Assembly: GCA_965207225.1 (NCBI GenBank)
Contig: CBDBLV010000004.1
Span: 64,001 to 128,000, forward strand
DNA: 64,000 bases
Origin: Dehalococcoidia bacterium
GTDB taxonomy: Bacteria > Chloroflexota > Dehalococcoidia > Plut-88900
Direction: 5' to 3'
Under the pieces are notes generated by a model, which was not told where the DNA came from, did not search any database, and worked only from the letters and a program-made list of their open reading frames with translations. Positions 9,856 through 19,403 of the stretch are shown piece by piece. Both the position numbers and the translations under genes were made by a program. How positions within the stretch are numbered: position 1 is the stretch's first letter; every line of letters begins with the position of its first letter.

Positions 9856-10464
9856 TTACTGCAATGGGGTGATGCGCATGGCGAGGCGGGGGAGCCAGTT
9901 GCGGGGACGGGTGACTATTGGGCCTCGGACGACCTTAAAGCCGGCGCGTTGGAAGATGGGTTCGGCACCGAAGAAGATGTTGTCATCTCCCGTGCGCTCG
10001 TTTCCAGCCCTGGGGTAGGCCTCGACGGCAGGGGCGCCGTTGTCGAAGGCGTACTGGGCGGCGGCGCGAACGAGGGCCACGGCGATGCCCTGGCCCCGGG
10101 CGGCGGTGCGGACGGTGACACAGGGGATAACCCAGACGTTTTCATCGTCGACGCGGGGCGTGGCGCGTGACTTTGCGACGCGGGTGAGTTCGTCCCTGGG
10201 GGCGACGGCGGCCCAGCCGACGGGTTCTTGGCCCCGGTAGGCGAGGATGCCAGGGGCGATAGGGCGTCGGGCCAGGTCTTCCATGGCGATGCGGCGTCGG
10301 TTAGCCCCGGAGCCTTCACCGGGAAGCTTGTTCCACTGGGGTCCAGAGACCCGGGGGAACATGCACCAGCAACTACTACCCCAGCTTCCGCGGAGGACGA
10401 CTTTGAGGTCATCCATCAAGTCGGGGGTGAGGGGCTTGAAGGTGAGGGAGGTTATATTGGTCAT
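9856..10464 (-). CDS. GNAT family N-acetyltransferase
   Basis: CWCM motif, VGWAAVAPR, acetyl-CoA motif ARGQGIA, AVEAYP, FQRAGF. Start placed at ATG 10464. Confidence 0.85.
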   Translation of the reverse strand: MTNITSLTFKPLTPDLMDDLKVVLRGSWGSSCWCMFPRVSGPQWNKLPGEGSGANRRRIAMEDLARRPIAPGILAYRGQEPVGWAAVAPRDELTRVAKSRATPRVDDENVWVIPCVTVRTAARGQGIAVALVRAAAQYAFDNGAPAVEAYPRAGNERTGDDNIFFGAEPIFQRAGFKVVRGPIVTRPRNWLPRLAMRITPLQ

Positions 10465-10648
10465 CAGGCTATCTTCACAAGGGCGATTGCGGCCCGAGGG
10501 CTCCGAGTCCTTGTTGTGACCAGTAGTGCATCCAGGTAAGGCCCGCCAGTACCCAAGGCGCAATTGGGCTAAACAACGCCTAGGGTTGTGTCGACAGGGG
10601 TTGGGAGGTACCGGTTGGAAGGAGGCCTATGGCCTGATGTGACCGTTA

Positions 10649-10912
10649 TTACCAGCGGGGGCGTCGGGGCTCTTTGGGTCGGGCCCGGTCAACGGTAAGG
10701 GGTCTGCCTTTGAGCTCCTTGCCGTTAAGGGCTTGAATCGCAGCTTCACCTTCTCCATCGTCCGTCATCTCGACGAAGCCGAAACCGCGTGAGCGGCCGG
10801 AATAAGGGTCGGTAATCACGCGGGCTGAGTCGACGGCACCGTAGGGGTCGAAAGCTTCTTTCAACTCCTCATCGGTCAGACTATACGGAAGGTTGCCGAC
10901 GAAAATGTTCAT
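10649..10912 (-). CDS. RRM-domain RNA-binding protein
   Basis: RNP2 IFVGNL, RNP1 RGFGFVEM; GGAGG SD upstream. Confidence 0.96.
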   Translation of the reverse strand: MNIFVGNLPYSLTDEELKEAFDPYGAVDSARVITDPYSGRSRGFGFVEMTDDGEGEAAIQALNGKELKGRPLTVDRARPKEPRRPRW

Positions 10913-11003
10913 GAACAGGTCCTCCAGGGCCTAGTATCTCCTGCTTCTTGGTCCATAAACGGCCGCTTAGCGCGTCCATATACAGATGCTGAAGTCGGGG
11001 TGC

Positions 11004-11012
11004 ATTCTATCA
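11004..11012 (-). promoter_or_regulatory. Putative extended -10 promoter (TGaTAGAAT) of the RRM gene
   Basis: TG-n-TAGAAT about 90 bp upstream of the ATG in an AT-rich patch; no well-spaced -35. Confidence 0.4.
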
Positions 11013-11146
11013 TAGAAAGAGGAAATGCAACTACCTCTCGGGGTTGTTACGCAATTGCGAAAAGTGGGGTGAGTCGGACGGAGCCGATACCCAGTTGCCT
11101 GTCCTTGAGAGCGCTGGTAATACCGGGCATGGCATGACCCGGCTCC

Positions 11147-11174
11147 AGATCCCTCACAGGGCATCGGAATGACA
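11147..11174 (+). repeat. REP-like family B copy
   Basis: AGATCCCTCACAGGGCATCGGAATGACA. Confidence 0.75.
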
Positions 11175-11288
11175 GGTTAATGCGCCGGGTTTGCGGGCAG
11201 TGGGTATAATCAGGAGCAGTCCTTGGCATTGCGATGGTCTGAATTTCAAGATTTCTGAAGACCGCCGGGTATTGGGGGAACTAGGGAC

Positions 11289-11669
11289 ATGGGTGCGCGG
11301 CGACAGTTTATAGACGTGACTTATTCGTTCTTTGTCGCGCTGGCGATTGCGCTGATCCTCTTTTTGACTGTTCACGCGGTGCAGTCCCGACCGGACATTG
11401 CCGAGGAGACGCGAGAGCGGGTAGGGTTCCTGCTGCTGTTCCCACTATCGATCGCGATAATCACTGGCACGGTCGGCTTTGGGTTGGCTCTGCTGAACTG
11501 GAGGGAGTGGCGCCTGCTGCTCCTGGCATTCCTAGGCGTGGGGAGCCTGTTGAACGCGATACTCGACGTGTCCGATGCGCTGACGTACTTTGTGGTGGCG
11601 GTTTTCCTGGCGGTCGGGATGTATTTCGCGCTGGAGTGGTTCGGGATCAGGAGGCGGCGCAGGGTCTAA
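11289..11669 (+). CDS. Hypothetical 4-TM membrane protein
   Basis: Four hydrophobic segments and an Arg-rich C-terminus; fills the gap between genes. Confidence 0.7.
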   Translation: MGARRQFIDVTYSFFVALAIALILFLTVHAVQSRPDIAEETRERVGFLLLFPLSIAIITGTVGFGLALLNWREWRLLLLAFLGVGSLLNAILDVSDALTYFVVAVFLAVGMYFALEWFGIRRRRRV

Positions 11670-11677
11670 GGTCGGGG

Positions 11678-12307
11678 CTAGGCGCGGAAGGCGACCATGA
11701 GGCCGTCCCGTAGGGTGAGGAGGACGTTGTTGACCCGCGGATCATTGGTAACGTAGTCGTTCAGGGCGACTATGGCCCTGTCGCTCTCATCCTTCGGGTC
11801 CAAGACCTTGCCCGACCAGAGCGTATTATCTACGGTTATGACGCCATTAGGCGAAATCAGGTCTATACACTTCTTGTAGTAGTTGAGGTAGTTGGTCTTG
11901 TCGGCGTCTATGAAGACGAGGTCGAAGGGGCCGGAGAGGGTTTCGAGGGTCTCAAGGGCAGGGCCGACGCGGAGGTCGATCTTCTTGCCGTGGGGTGATT
12001 TGGCGAAGAATTCGCGGGCGAGGGGTCTGGGTTCGATGTCGCAGGTTATGAGTTGGCCGTCGTCGGGCAGGGCGTGGGCCATCATGAGGGCGCTGAAACC
12101 GGTGAAGGTGCCGATTTCGAGGACTCGCTTTGCGCCGGAGACGCGGATGAGGGCCTGGAGGAGGGTGCCGATCATCTGGTCGGAGAGCATTTCGGCGTCG
12201 GGTGCGGAGTTGTAGGTGGCCTGCCTAAGCTCCTCCATGATGGGGGGGAGGGGGGTGGTGTGGGCGAAGGCGTAGTCGTCGATTTCTCGGGGGACGATTC
12301 CGATCAT
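11678..12307 (-). CDS. O-methyltransferase (caffeoyl-CoA/COMT-like, Methyltransf_3)
   Basis: VLEIGTFTGFS, FDLVFIDADK, VDNTLWSG, LRDGL. Confidence 0.93.
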   Translation of the reverse strand: MIGIVPREIDDYAFAHTTPLPPIMEELRQATYNSAPDAEMLSDQMIGTLLQALIRVSGAKRVLEIGTFTGFSALMMAHALPDDGQLITCDIEPRPLAREFFAKSPHGKKIDLRVGPALETLETLSGPFDLVFIDADKTNYLNYYKKCIDLISPNGVITVDNTLWSGKVLDPKDESDRAIVALNDYVTNDPRVNNVLLTLRDGLMVAFRA

Positions 12308-12332
12308 GGGATACTCCTGGGGGTGATTGGGG

Positions 12333-13466
12333 TTAGTTGAACTGGGGTATAACGCGTTCCGAGAAGAGGGCGAGGCTGCGCATCACCTGCTGGAAGCTGA
12401 GGCCGGGGAAGTTGAGGAAGAGGGCGATGTGCTGGCAGTTTAGCTCGGTACGGTAGCGTTCGATCTGTTCGGCGACTGAGTCGGGGGTGCCGACCATGAT
12501 GAGATCGTGCTTGAGCTGGAAGTCAAACCAGTCGAGGTCCAGGTCGCCGTCTTCAGTTTCTCCGTCTACAAAGGAGTCTTTGGACGCCTTCTCGGGGTCG
12601 CGCTTGTTCCAGACGCCGAGCATGTTGGCACCCGGCCTGACGGCTTCCACGGCCTCTTCCATGGTGTCAGCGACGTAGGTTGCGATCATGACGGCCAGCT
12701 TGTCACCGAAGTTGTTATCTTCGCCTCTCGATTCCCGGGCTGCGTCGTAGTAGGTGTTCCAGATCTCCCTGATCTTGCCAAGGGAGACGGTCTGGCACAT
12801 GGTGGAGATGCCGCGCTTGCCGGCCAATTCGTGAGAACTGTTGGAAGTGGACATCTGGAAGATGGGTGGGTGGGGCTTCTGGACGGGCTTTGGGTGAACG
12901 CCGAGGGCGATCATCTCACCATCCGGGGCGTGGAACCTAGAGTCGTGGGCCCAGGAGTTGGGCTCGTGCCAGCCGGGTTCCGGGAAGGTGAAGTGGTTGC
13001 CGCGATAGCTAAATGCTTCCTGTTCCCAGGCGCCGATTATCACGTCGAGGCATTCGTTGAAGTACTCGGAATTGAGTTTGGGGTTGCGGCGGTCGCCCGT
13101 GGCAGTGAACTGGGCCGAGGCGCGTGTATCGAAGCCCCGAGCGATGCCGAAGTCGACGCGTCCGTCAGTGAAGTTGTCGAGGAGAGCGATGCCCTCGGCG
13201 ACTCGAAGGGGGTGCCAGTCGGGGAGGATGGTGCCGCACTGTCCGATTCTGAGTCGGTCGCTGTTCTTTATGAGGCCCGCGCCCATGAGGATGGGGTTGG
13301 GGGAGGCACGATACCAGCCATCCCATGCGAAGTGGTGCTCGGCGAGCCAGAGGCCGGTGAAGCCGCCCTGGTCGATGAGGCGAACCTCCTGGTGCATTTC
13401 GTCCATGAGGGTGTCCCAGGCGTATTGCTCTCCGACGTGGTAGTAGGGTGTGCAGTCGAACCTCAT
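12333..13466 (-). CDS. LLM-class flavin-dependent oxidoreductase (tandem paralogue)
   Basis: WLAEHHF, HPLRVAE, GRVDFGIARG, PKPVQKPHPPI. Confidence 0.93.
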   Translation of the reverse strand: MRFDCTPYYHVGEQYAWDTLMDEMHQEVRLIDQGGFTGLWLAEHHFAWDGWYRASPNPILMGAGLIKNSDRLRIGQCGTILPDWHPLRVAEGIALLDNFTDGRVDFGIARGFDTRASAQFTATGDRRNPKLNSEYFNECLDVIIGAWEQEAFSYRGNHFTFPEPGWHEPNSWAHDSRFHAPDGEMIALGVHPKPVQKPHPPIFQMSTSNSSHELAGKRGISTMCQTVSLGKIREIWNTYYDAARESRGEDNNFGDKLAVMIATYVADTMEEAVEAVRPGANMLGVWNKRDPEKASKDSFVDGETEDGDLDLDWFDFQLKHDLIMVGTPDSVAEQIERYRTELNCQHIALFLNFPGLSFQQVMRSLALFSERVIPQFN

Positions 13467-13524
13467 TTGTTACCTCTTGTGCTCGTGGGGGGCGCGGGTG
13501 TGGCGAATTCCCTCACCTCTCATA

Positions 13525-13636
13525 CTTCGAGTGCCTCAGCATGAGCGGCCCAGGCCCCTCCAGGTTGGAACAGGCAAAGGTCCCGCCGAGGGGAAGGGGA
13601 CACCACCCCAGATTCCTCGCGGGCATCGGAATGACA
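13525..13636 (+). repeat. REP-like family C (CTTCGAGTGCCTCAGCATGAGCGG) plus family B
   Basis: Family C at 13525-13548 and family B at 13610-13636, between LLM paralogues. Confidence 0.8.
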
Positions 13637-13667
13637 TTTGCCGACAGCTGCTTGACTAGAGAAGAGG

Positions 13668-14819
13668 CTAGGCATGAGAGAACCGGGGGATGATGTGTTC
13701 GGAGAAGAGGGAGAGAGACTTCATTACCTGCTGGAAGGAGAGGCCGGGGAAGTTCAGGAATAAGGCGATGTGCCGGCAGCCTGTCTGGGAGGTTATGCGT
13801 TCGATTTGCTCGGAGACGGAGTCGGGGGAGCCGACCATTATGAGGTCGTGCTTTAGCTGGAAGTCGAACCAGTCGGAGTCAAAGTCGTCATCGTCCATCT
13901 CCTCTTCAGTGAGGGTGGCGAGTCGGGCCTTGTGAGGGTTCACTGACGACCATGCTGCGAGGCGGTTGGCGCCCGGGCGGACAGCTTGGACTGCCTCTTC
14001 ATAGGTGTCGGCGATGAAGGTGGGGCGCATGACGGCAACGCCTTCGCCGGTCTGGAGCTTATAGCCGAGTCTGTCGGAGGCGGCCTGGTTGTGGGCGGCG
14101 AAGGCCTCGTTAATTCTGCCCTTGGAGAGAGAGGCGCACATGGCATTGTAGCCCTTGGCCCCGGCATAGCCGAAGGAACCGGCGGACTCGGCCATGATGT
14201 AGACCGGGGGTCGGGGCTTCTGGTAGGGGCGGGGGGTTACGCCCAAGGCAATAAGCTCACCGTCCTCTGCATGGTACTTGGGGTCTCTGATGAGCTTGTT
14301 GGTCTCGTACCAGCCGGGGGAGGGGTAAGTGAAGAACTCGCCATTGTAGGAAAAGGAGTCGTTTTCGAGGGCGGCGACAGCGATTTCGAGAATTTCGCGG
14401 AAGAGGGCGCGGTTATGGGAGGGATCAAGGCGGCGGTCGGCCTCTTTCGAGAACTGGACTGTGGAGCGGGTGTTGATTCCACGTCCGGCTCCGAAGTCGA
14501 CGCGGCCTTTAGTGAGCTGGTCGAGGAAGGCGATGTCCTCGGCGACTCGGATGGGGTTCCAGTCGGGGAGGATGGCGCCGCACTGGCCGACGCGCATCCT
14601 GTCACTCTCGGCGATGAGGTCGGCGCCGACGAGGATGGGGTCGGTCGGGGCCCGGTACCAGCCGTCCCAAGCGAAATGGTGCTCTGCGAGCCAGAGGCCG
14701 GTGAAGCCACCCTGGTCCATAAGCCGGACTTCCTCGCGCATCTCCTTGACGAGGGTGTGCCAAGAGTAGTCCTCGCCTACGTGGTAGTAGGGCGTGCTGT
14801 CGAATCTTATGCTTGACAT
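13668..14819 (-). CDS. LLM-class flavin-dependent oxidoreductase (tandem paralogue)
   Basis: WLAEHHF, NPIRVAEDIA, GRVDFGAGRG, PRPYQKP. Confidence 0.93.
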   Translation of the reverse strand: MSSIRFDSTPYYHVGEDYSWHTLVKEMREEVRLMDQGGFTGLWLAEHHFAWDGWYRAPTDPILVGADLIAESDRMRVGQCGAILPDWNPIRVAEDIAFLDQLTKGRVDFGAGRGINTRSTVQFSKEADRRLDPSHNRALFREILEIAVAALENDSFSYNGEFFTYPSPGWYETNKLIRDPKYHAEDGELIALGVTPRPYQKPRPPVYIMAESAGSFGYAGAKGYNAMCASLSKGRINEAFAAHNQAASDRLGYKLQTGEGVAVMRPTFIADTYEEAVQAVRPGANRLAAWSSVNPHKARLATLTEEEMDDDDFDSDWFDFQLKHDLIMVGSPDSVSEQIERITSQTGCRHIALFLNFPGLSFQQVMKSLSLFSEHIIPRFSHA

Positions 14820-14838
14820 ATTGTGGGGCCCGGGGAAG

Positions 14839-14880
14839 GATCACCCTCACCCTAGCCCTCTCCCGTCGAGGAAGAGGGGA
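14839..14880 (+). repeat. REP-like family A copy
   Basis: GATCACCCTCACCCTAGCCCTCTCCCGTCGAGGAAGAGGGGA. Confidence 0.8.
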
Positions 14881-14888
14881 AAGAATCT

Positions 14889-16019
14889 CTAGCTGAAGCG
14901 GGGGATTATCTTGGTGGCGGCGAGTTCCAGGGAGTGCATCACCTGCTGGAAGGAGAGGAGGGGGATGTTGAGGAAGAAGGCGAGGTGGGGGCAACCGGTC
15001 TCGGACTCCAGGCGTTCGATCTGCTCGGAGACCGTTTCGGGGGAGCCGACGAGGATGAGGTCGTGTTTTAGCTGGAAGTCGAACCAGTCGAGGTCAAGGT
15101 CACCTTCTTCAAGCTCTTCTTCACTGACCATAATCTTGCGGATTTTGTCCGGGTCGGTGGTAATCCAAGAGGCGAGGAGGTTAGTGCCTTCGCGGGCATC
15201 GGCGACGGCCTGCTCATGGGTGTCGGCTATGTAGGTGGGACGCATGACGGCCAGGTTCTGCCCATAGGGGAGGTCTCGGCCCGCAGCCTCCGAAGCGGCG
15301 TTGTTGTATGCCCGCCAAGCGTCCTTGATGCGGCCGTGGGAGATTGAGAAGCACATGGCCCCGATGCCCATCTTTGCGGAGTAGACATGGGAGCCGGCGG
15401 ATTCCACCATGTTGAAGACGGGCGGGTGGGGCCGCTGGAAAGGCCTGGGGGTGATACCAAGGGCCTTGAGCTCGCCGTCATCGTTGTGGAAGCGGGAGTC
15501 GAGGCCCAGGGGGTTGGTCTCCTTCCAGCCGGGAGCGGGGTAGGTGAAGTACTCGCCCTGGTAGGTGAGGGCCTCGTTGCGCCATGCGCCGAGGATGACT
15601 TCCAGGGTCTCGTTGAAGAGGGCGCGGTGTTCTTCATTGCGGCGGTCTGCTTCCTCACGGAACTGGATAGTGGCGCGGTTGTTGATGCCACGAGCGACGC
15701 CAAAGTCGACGCGGCCCTTAGTGAGCTGGTCGAGGAGGGCGATGTCCTCGGCGACGCGGATGGGGTTCCAGTCGGGGAGTATGGTGCCGCACTGGCCGAC
15801 ACGGAGGCGGTCGCTTTCACCTATGAGGTCGGTGCCGAGGAGGATGGGGTTTGGGGAGGCTCGGTACCAGCCGTCCCAGTGAAAGTGGTGCTCGGCGAGC
15901 CAAATGCCAGTGAATCCGCCCTGGTCCATGAGACGGACTTCTTCGCGCATTTCGTCGACGAGGGTTTCCCATTCGTAGTCTTCGCCTACGTGGTAGTAGG
16001 GGGTGGAGTCAAAGCGCAT
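14889..16019 (-). CDS. LLM-class flavin-dependent oxidoreductase (tandem paralogue)
   Basis: WLAEHHF, NPIRVAEDIA, GRVDFGVARG, PRPFQRPHPP. Confidence 0.93.
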   Translation of the reverse strand: MRFDSTPYYHVGEDYEWETLVDEMREEVRLMDQGGFTGIWLAEHHFHWDGWYRASPNPILLGTDLIGESDRLRVGQCGTILPDWNPIRVAEDIALLDQLTKGRVDFGVARGINNRATIQFREEADRRNEEHRALFNETLEVILGAWRNEALTYQGEYFTYPAPGWKETNPLGLDSRFHNDDGELKALGITPRPFQRPHPPVFNMVESAGSHVYSAKMGIGAMCFSISHGRIKDAWRAYNNAASEAAGRDLPYGQNLAVMRPTYIADTHEQAVADAREGTNLLASWITTDPDKIRKIMVSEEELEEGDLDLDWFDFQLKHDLILVGSPETVSEQIERLESETGCPHLAFFLNIPLLSFQQVMHSLELAATKIIPRFS

Positions 16020-16171
16020 TCGTTGTCTCCCGGGTCAGGTGTCCGATGCGAGAACAAAGGAGGGGGCCGCCGGGGCGATTATATACCATGGACACTCTAA
16101 AGGTGCGTGTAGGAAGCAGTCAGGCGAGCACCATCCCTCTGGATTCCTGGCTCCGCAGGAATGCCGAGACC

Positions 16172-17305
16172 CTACGTGAAGCGGGGCATGACCTTTTCGG
16201 CAAAGAGGGTGAGGCTCTTCATGGTCTTTTCGAAGGTAAGGCCGGGGAAGTTGAGGAAGAGGGTCATGTGGTCGCAGTTGACGGTTTCACGCAGGCGGTG
16301 GATGTCTTCGGCGACGGTGTCGGGTGTGCCGATGCAGACAAGGCCGTGCTTGCGCTGGAAGTCGAGCCACGGGAGATTAAAGTCGCCAGGGTCAAGTTCG
16401 TCCTCGGTGGCCATGGCGGAGTAGGCCTTGACGGGGTTGTGGGAGTACCACCTGCCAAGCTGCTTCGAGCCCCAACTGACGTCTTCAATAGCCTGTTCGT
16501 AGGTTTCGGCGACGTAGGTGGGCCTTACGACACAGAGTTTCTCTCCGAAGGCGACATCGCGGTGTTGGGCCCGGGACATGGCTTCCCGGTGAGCGGCCCA
16601 TGCTTCCTTAATCTTGCCGATGGATATGGACTGACAGAAGACGCCAAGGCCACGGCTACCTGCGAACTTGTGAGAGCCGAGGGAGTCGGCCATCTGCCAG
16701 ATGGGGGGGTGGGGCTTCTGGAAGGGCTTGGGGAAAACGCCCATGGCTTTCAACTCGCCGCCGGGGGCGTGGTAGTCGGGGTCGTAGACCATGGGGTTGG
16801 ACTCGACCCAGCCGGGGACCGGGAACTTGTAGAACCTGCCTTCGTGCCGGAAGGCTTCCTGGGTCCAGGCACCGACGATAATGTCCAGGGACTCGGAGAA
16901 GAGGGCGTAGTTGGACTCCTGGTTGCGCCTGTCGGCGTCCAGGTTGAACTGAATGGAGGCGCGGGTGTCGATGCCGCGGGCGATGCCGAAGTCGACGCGG
17001 CCCTTGGTGAACTGATCCATGAGGGCAACGTCCTCGGCGACGCGAAGCGGGTGCCAGTCGGGGAGGACGACGCCGCATTGGCCGAACCTGAGGCGGTCAC
17101 TGAAGCGGGAGAGGCGGGTGCCCAAAAGGATGGGATTGGGGGCGGAGTTGTACCAGCCGTCCCAGGCGAAGTGGTGCTCGGCGAGCCAGAAGGTGGTGAA
17201 ACCGGCCTGGTCGGCGAACTTGACCTGGGTCTCGGCTTCGTCGACAAGCTTCTCCCAAGGGTAGGTCTCGCCTACATGGGTGTAGAGGGTGACGTCAAAG
17301 CGCAT
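16172..17305 (-). CDS. LLM-class flavin-dependent oxidoreductase (tandem paralogue)
   Basis: WLAEHHF, HPLRVAEDVA, GRVDFGIARG, PKPFQKPHPPIW. Confidence 0.93.
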   Translation of the reverse strand: MRFDVTLYTHVGETYPWEKLVDEAETQVKFADQAGFTTFWLAEHHFAWDGWYNSAPNPILLGTRLSRFSDRLRFGQCGVVLPDWHPLRVAEDVALMDQFTKGRVDFGIARGIDTRASIQFNLDADRRNQESNYALFSESLDIIVGAWTQEAFRHEGRFYKFPVPGWVESNPMVYDPDYHAPGGELKAMGVFPKPFQKPHPPIWQMADSLGSHKFAGSRGLGVFCQSISIGKIKEAWAAHREAMSRAQHRDVAFGEKLCVVRPTYVAETYEQAIEDVSWGSKQLGRWYSHNPVKAYSAMATEDELDPGDFNLPWLDFQRKHGLVCIGTPDTVAEDIHRLRETVNCDHMTLFLNFPGLTFEKTMKSLTLFAEKVMPRFT

Positions 17306-17380
17306 GAGTGGTGGTTCTCTTTTCGGTTGGGAACGGCAGTTTGCACCCAGTTCGGGGATGCTGCCTGAATGATGTAGCTC

Positions 17381-18259
17381 CTATGAGAGCTTATCTGTGA
17401 TCTCCTTGTATTCGCGGAAGGCGTCGAGGTGGTTGGCTACGGTGTCGAGGCCGCAGTTCATGGTGTCGAGGTAGAACTTGTTTCCACCGATTTCGTGCCA
17501 GGCAGTGACGTAGTCTGCGATTTGATTCATGGGCATGTCGTCGAGATTAATCTGAACGGCGATCTCGATGTCGTTCGGGTCCCGACCCGCCTCCAGGGCA
17601 GCATTCCGGATAACCTCCAGCTTCTTCTTAGCGTTGCCAGGGTGATCGGTGGTCGGGAACCAGCCATCGCCGAGGCGCCCCGTTCTCTGAAGGACAGGGT
17701 AGGCGTCGCCGCCAATCCAGAGGGGTATGGGCTGCTGGACGGGGAAGGGCTTCATACCAGCCTGTCGGATGGTGTGCCAGCGGCCCTGGTAGTTGACGAC
17801 TTTTTTGGTCCAAAGGGCGCGCATGACGTCGATCTGCTCCTCGATGCGCTTGCCCCGGTTGTGGAAGTCCTCGCCGAGGGCCTCGAACTCCACGGGGTTC
17901 CAGCCGACGGCGATGCCGAGCACCAGGCGGCCGTTGCTGAGGTTGTCGACCTCGGCAGCCTGCTTGGCAATGAGGGTTGTCTGGCGCTGGGGTAGGATGA
18001 CTATGCCGGTGATGAGCTTGATGCGCTCGGTGATGGCGGCGGCGTAGCCGAGAAGGACCATGATCTCGTGGAAGTTGTCGTCGATGTCATAGAAAAAGTC
18101 GACACCGCTGTTGTTGTAGAAGTCGGTGTTGGCGCCCAGGACGTGGTCATAAACGACGAGGCCCTCGAAGCCCATCTCTTCGCTGGCCTGTATGATCTCT
18201 TTCGCGGGCCCCGGCTCCGAGCCTATCTCGGTCTGGGGGAATACGACTCCGAAATCCAT
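17381..18259 (-). CDS. LLM-class, probably F420-dependent, oxidoreductase
   Basis: MDFGVVFPQTEIG, YDHVLG, ILPQRQT.LIAKQAAEVD.LSNGRL, GWNPVEFEALG, IPLWIGG, GDGWFP. Confidence 0.88.
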   Translation of the reverse strand: MDFGVVFPQTEIGSEPGPAKEIIQASEEMGFEGLVVYDHVLGANTDFYNNSGVDFFYDIDDNFHEIMVLLGYAAAITERIKLITGIVILPQRQTTLIAKQAAEVDNLSNGRLVLGIAVGWNPVEFEALGEDFHNRGKRIEEQIDVMRALWTKKVVNYQGRWHTIRQAGMKPFPVQQPIPLWIGGDAYPVLQRTGRLGDGWFPTTDHPGNAKKKLEVIRNAALEAGRDPNDIEIAVQINLDDMPMNQIADYVTAWHEIGGNKFYLDTMNCGLDTVANHLDAFREYKEITDKLS

Positions 18260-18268
18260 GACGGCCTC

Positions 18269-19330
18269 CTATCTCTTTCTTCCGGTGAGTATATATCGGG
18301 TGGGGAGGGGGTGGTCGGGTTCTTTGACGTCGGCGAATCCGGCGTTGGTCATCAGGCGGCGAAGCTGGCCCTGGGTGATCATGCCGCAGCCGACTAGGGC
18401 CTCGTGGAGCTGGACGCCGGCCATCATCTGGTAGGCGGGGTTGTCGCGGTAGTCGGCTGGGGAGTCGGGGTAGGGAAGCTCAGAGACTATGATAGCGCCG
18501 CCGGGGCGCAGGGCCTTGTGCGCTCGATTGAGGACGTTTTCGTAGGAGTCGGGGCCGCCGACCTCGTGGAGGGTGACGTTCATGGTGAGGAGGTCGAAGG
18601 CAGAGTCGTAGTCCATGGCGTTGGCGTCGGCTTCCATTACCCGGGCGCGTTCGCCTAGACCGGAGTCGTCAATGGCCTGGAGAGCTAAGGCTGTGCTGGG
18701 CGCGTCGTACTCGATGCCGAGGACACGGGCGTTGGGGAAACGCCTAGCGTAGTGGACGACGCCGTATCCGGCGCCGGCGCCTATATCCAGGATGTCCAAG
18801 CTCGACATAATGACATCATTGGATAGGACTTGGGGAAGGACGGAGTCGGTGATGACGGCGTAGTCGGGCTTGGTCATGTTCTTGAGGGCCTCGAGGAGCC
18901 AAGGGTCGTGCTCGCTTCTCGGCCAGGTGCCGCCGTTGGGCAGGTATTTCGGGAAAGCATGCAGGTCTTGATGGAGGGCGGCGTTGAACTGGATTCGTCC
19001 GCCCAGGAAGAGGGGATCGGTCGGGTCAAGGAGGACGGACTGCATGTGAGGGGTGAGGCAGTAGCCTGAGGTCTCGTCCCAATCTAGCATTTCGTAGGCG
19101 TAGGCGGCGCGGCACCAGATGGCGACGTAGCGGGTTTCGTAATCGAGGCGCTTAGCCAGTACCTCGTCGCTGATTCCCTGCCCGCCACCCTGGGAGATTC
19201 CTGCAAAGAGGCCGGACTTGAGGCCGATGTCGGCGACCCACGTTGCCTGGTAGCCGAGGATGTAGTCGACGAGCTTGCGCCAAGCGGCTTGCTTGCCGGG
19301 CTGTTGCGTTGTGGCCTGTTCGGGTGTCAA
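18269..19330 (-). CDS. Class I SAM-dependent methyltransferase with N-terminal winged-helix-like domain
   Basis: ILDIGAGAG SAM motif, FDL, LHE, ALRPGG. Start placed at TTG 19330 because the longer ORF overlaps the divergent gene. Confidence 0.85.
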   Translation of the reverse strand: MTPEQATTQQPGKQAAWRKLVDYILGYQATWVADIGLKSGLFAGISQGGGQGISDEVLAKRLDYETRYVAIWCRAAYAYEMLDWDETSGYCLTPHMQSVLLDPTDPLFLGGRIQFNAALHQDLHAFPKYLPNGGTWPRSEHDPWLLEALKNMTKPDYAVITDSVLPQVLSNDVIMSSLDILDIGAGAGYGVVHYARRFPNARVLGIEYDAPSTALALQAIDDSGLGERARVMEADANAMDYDSAFDLLTMNVTLHEVGGPDSYENVLNRAHKALRPGGAIIVSELPYPDSPADYRDNPAYQMMAGVQLHEALVGCGMITQGQLRRLMTNAGFADVKEPDHPLPTRYILTGRKR

Positions 19331-19403
19331 GGTAGCACTCGTCGATTGAAGAATGGGGCCGGTCGGGTAATAATACCCCGAAATCCAGCACACCGGACAA
19401 GGA

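Noticed and set aside
16046-17368. Long antisense ORFs (also 5114-6358, 12507-13544, 31144-32253, 47453-48634, 54124-55551, 59866-60924)
   Set aside because: Shadow ORFs opposite well-supported genes, expected in high-GC DNA with biased codon usage; no motifs.
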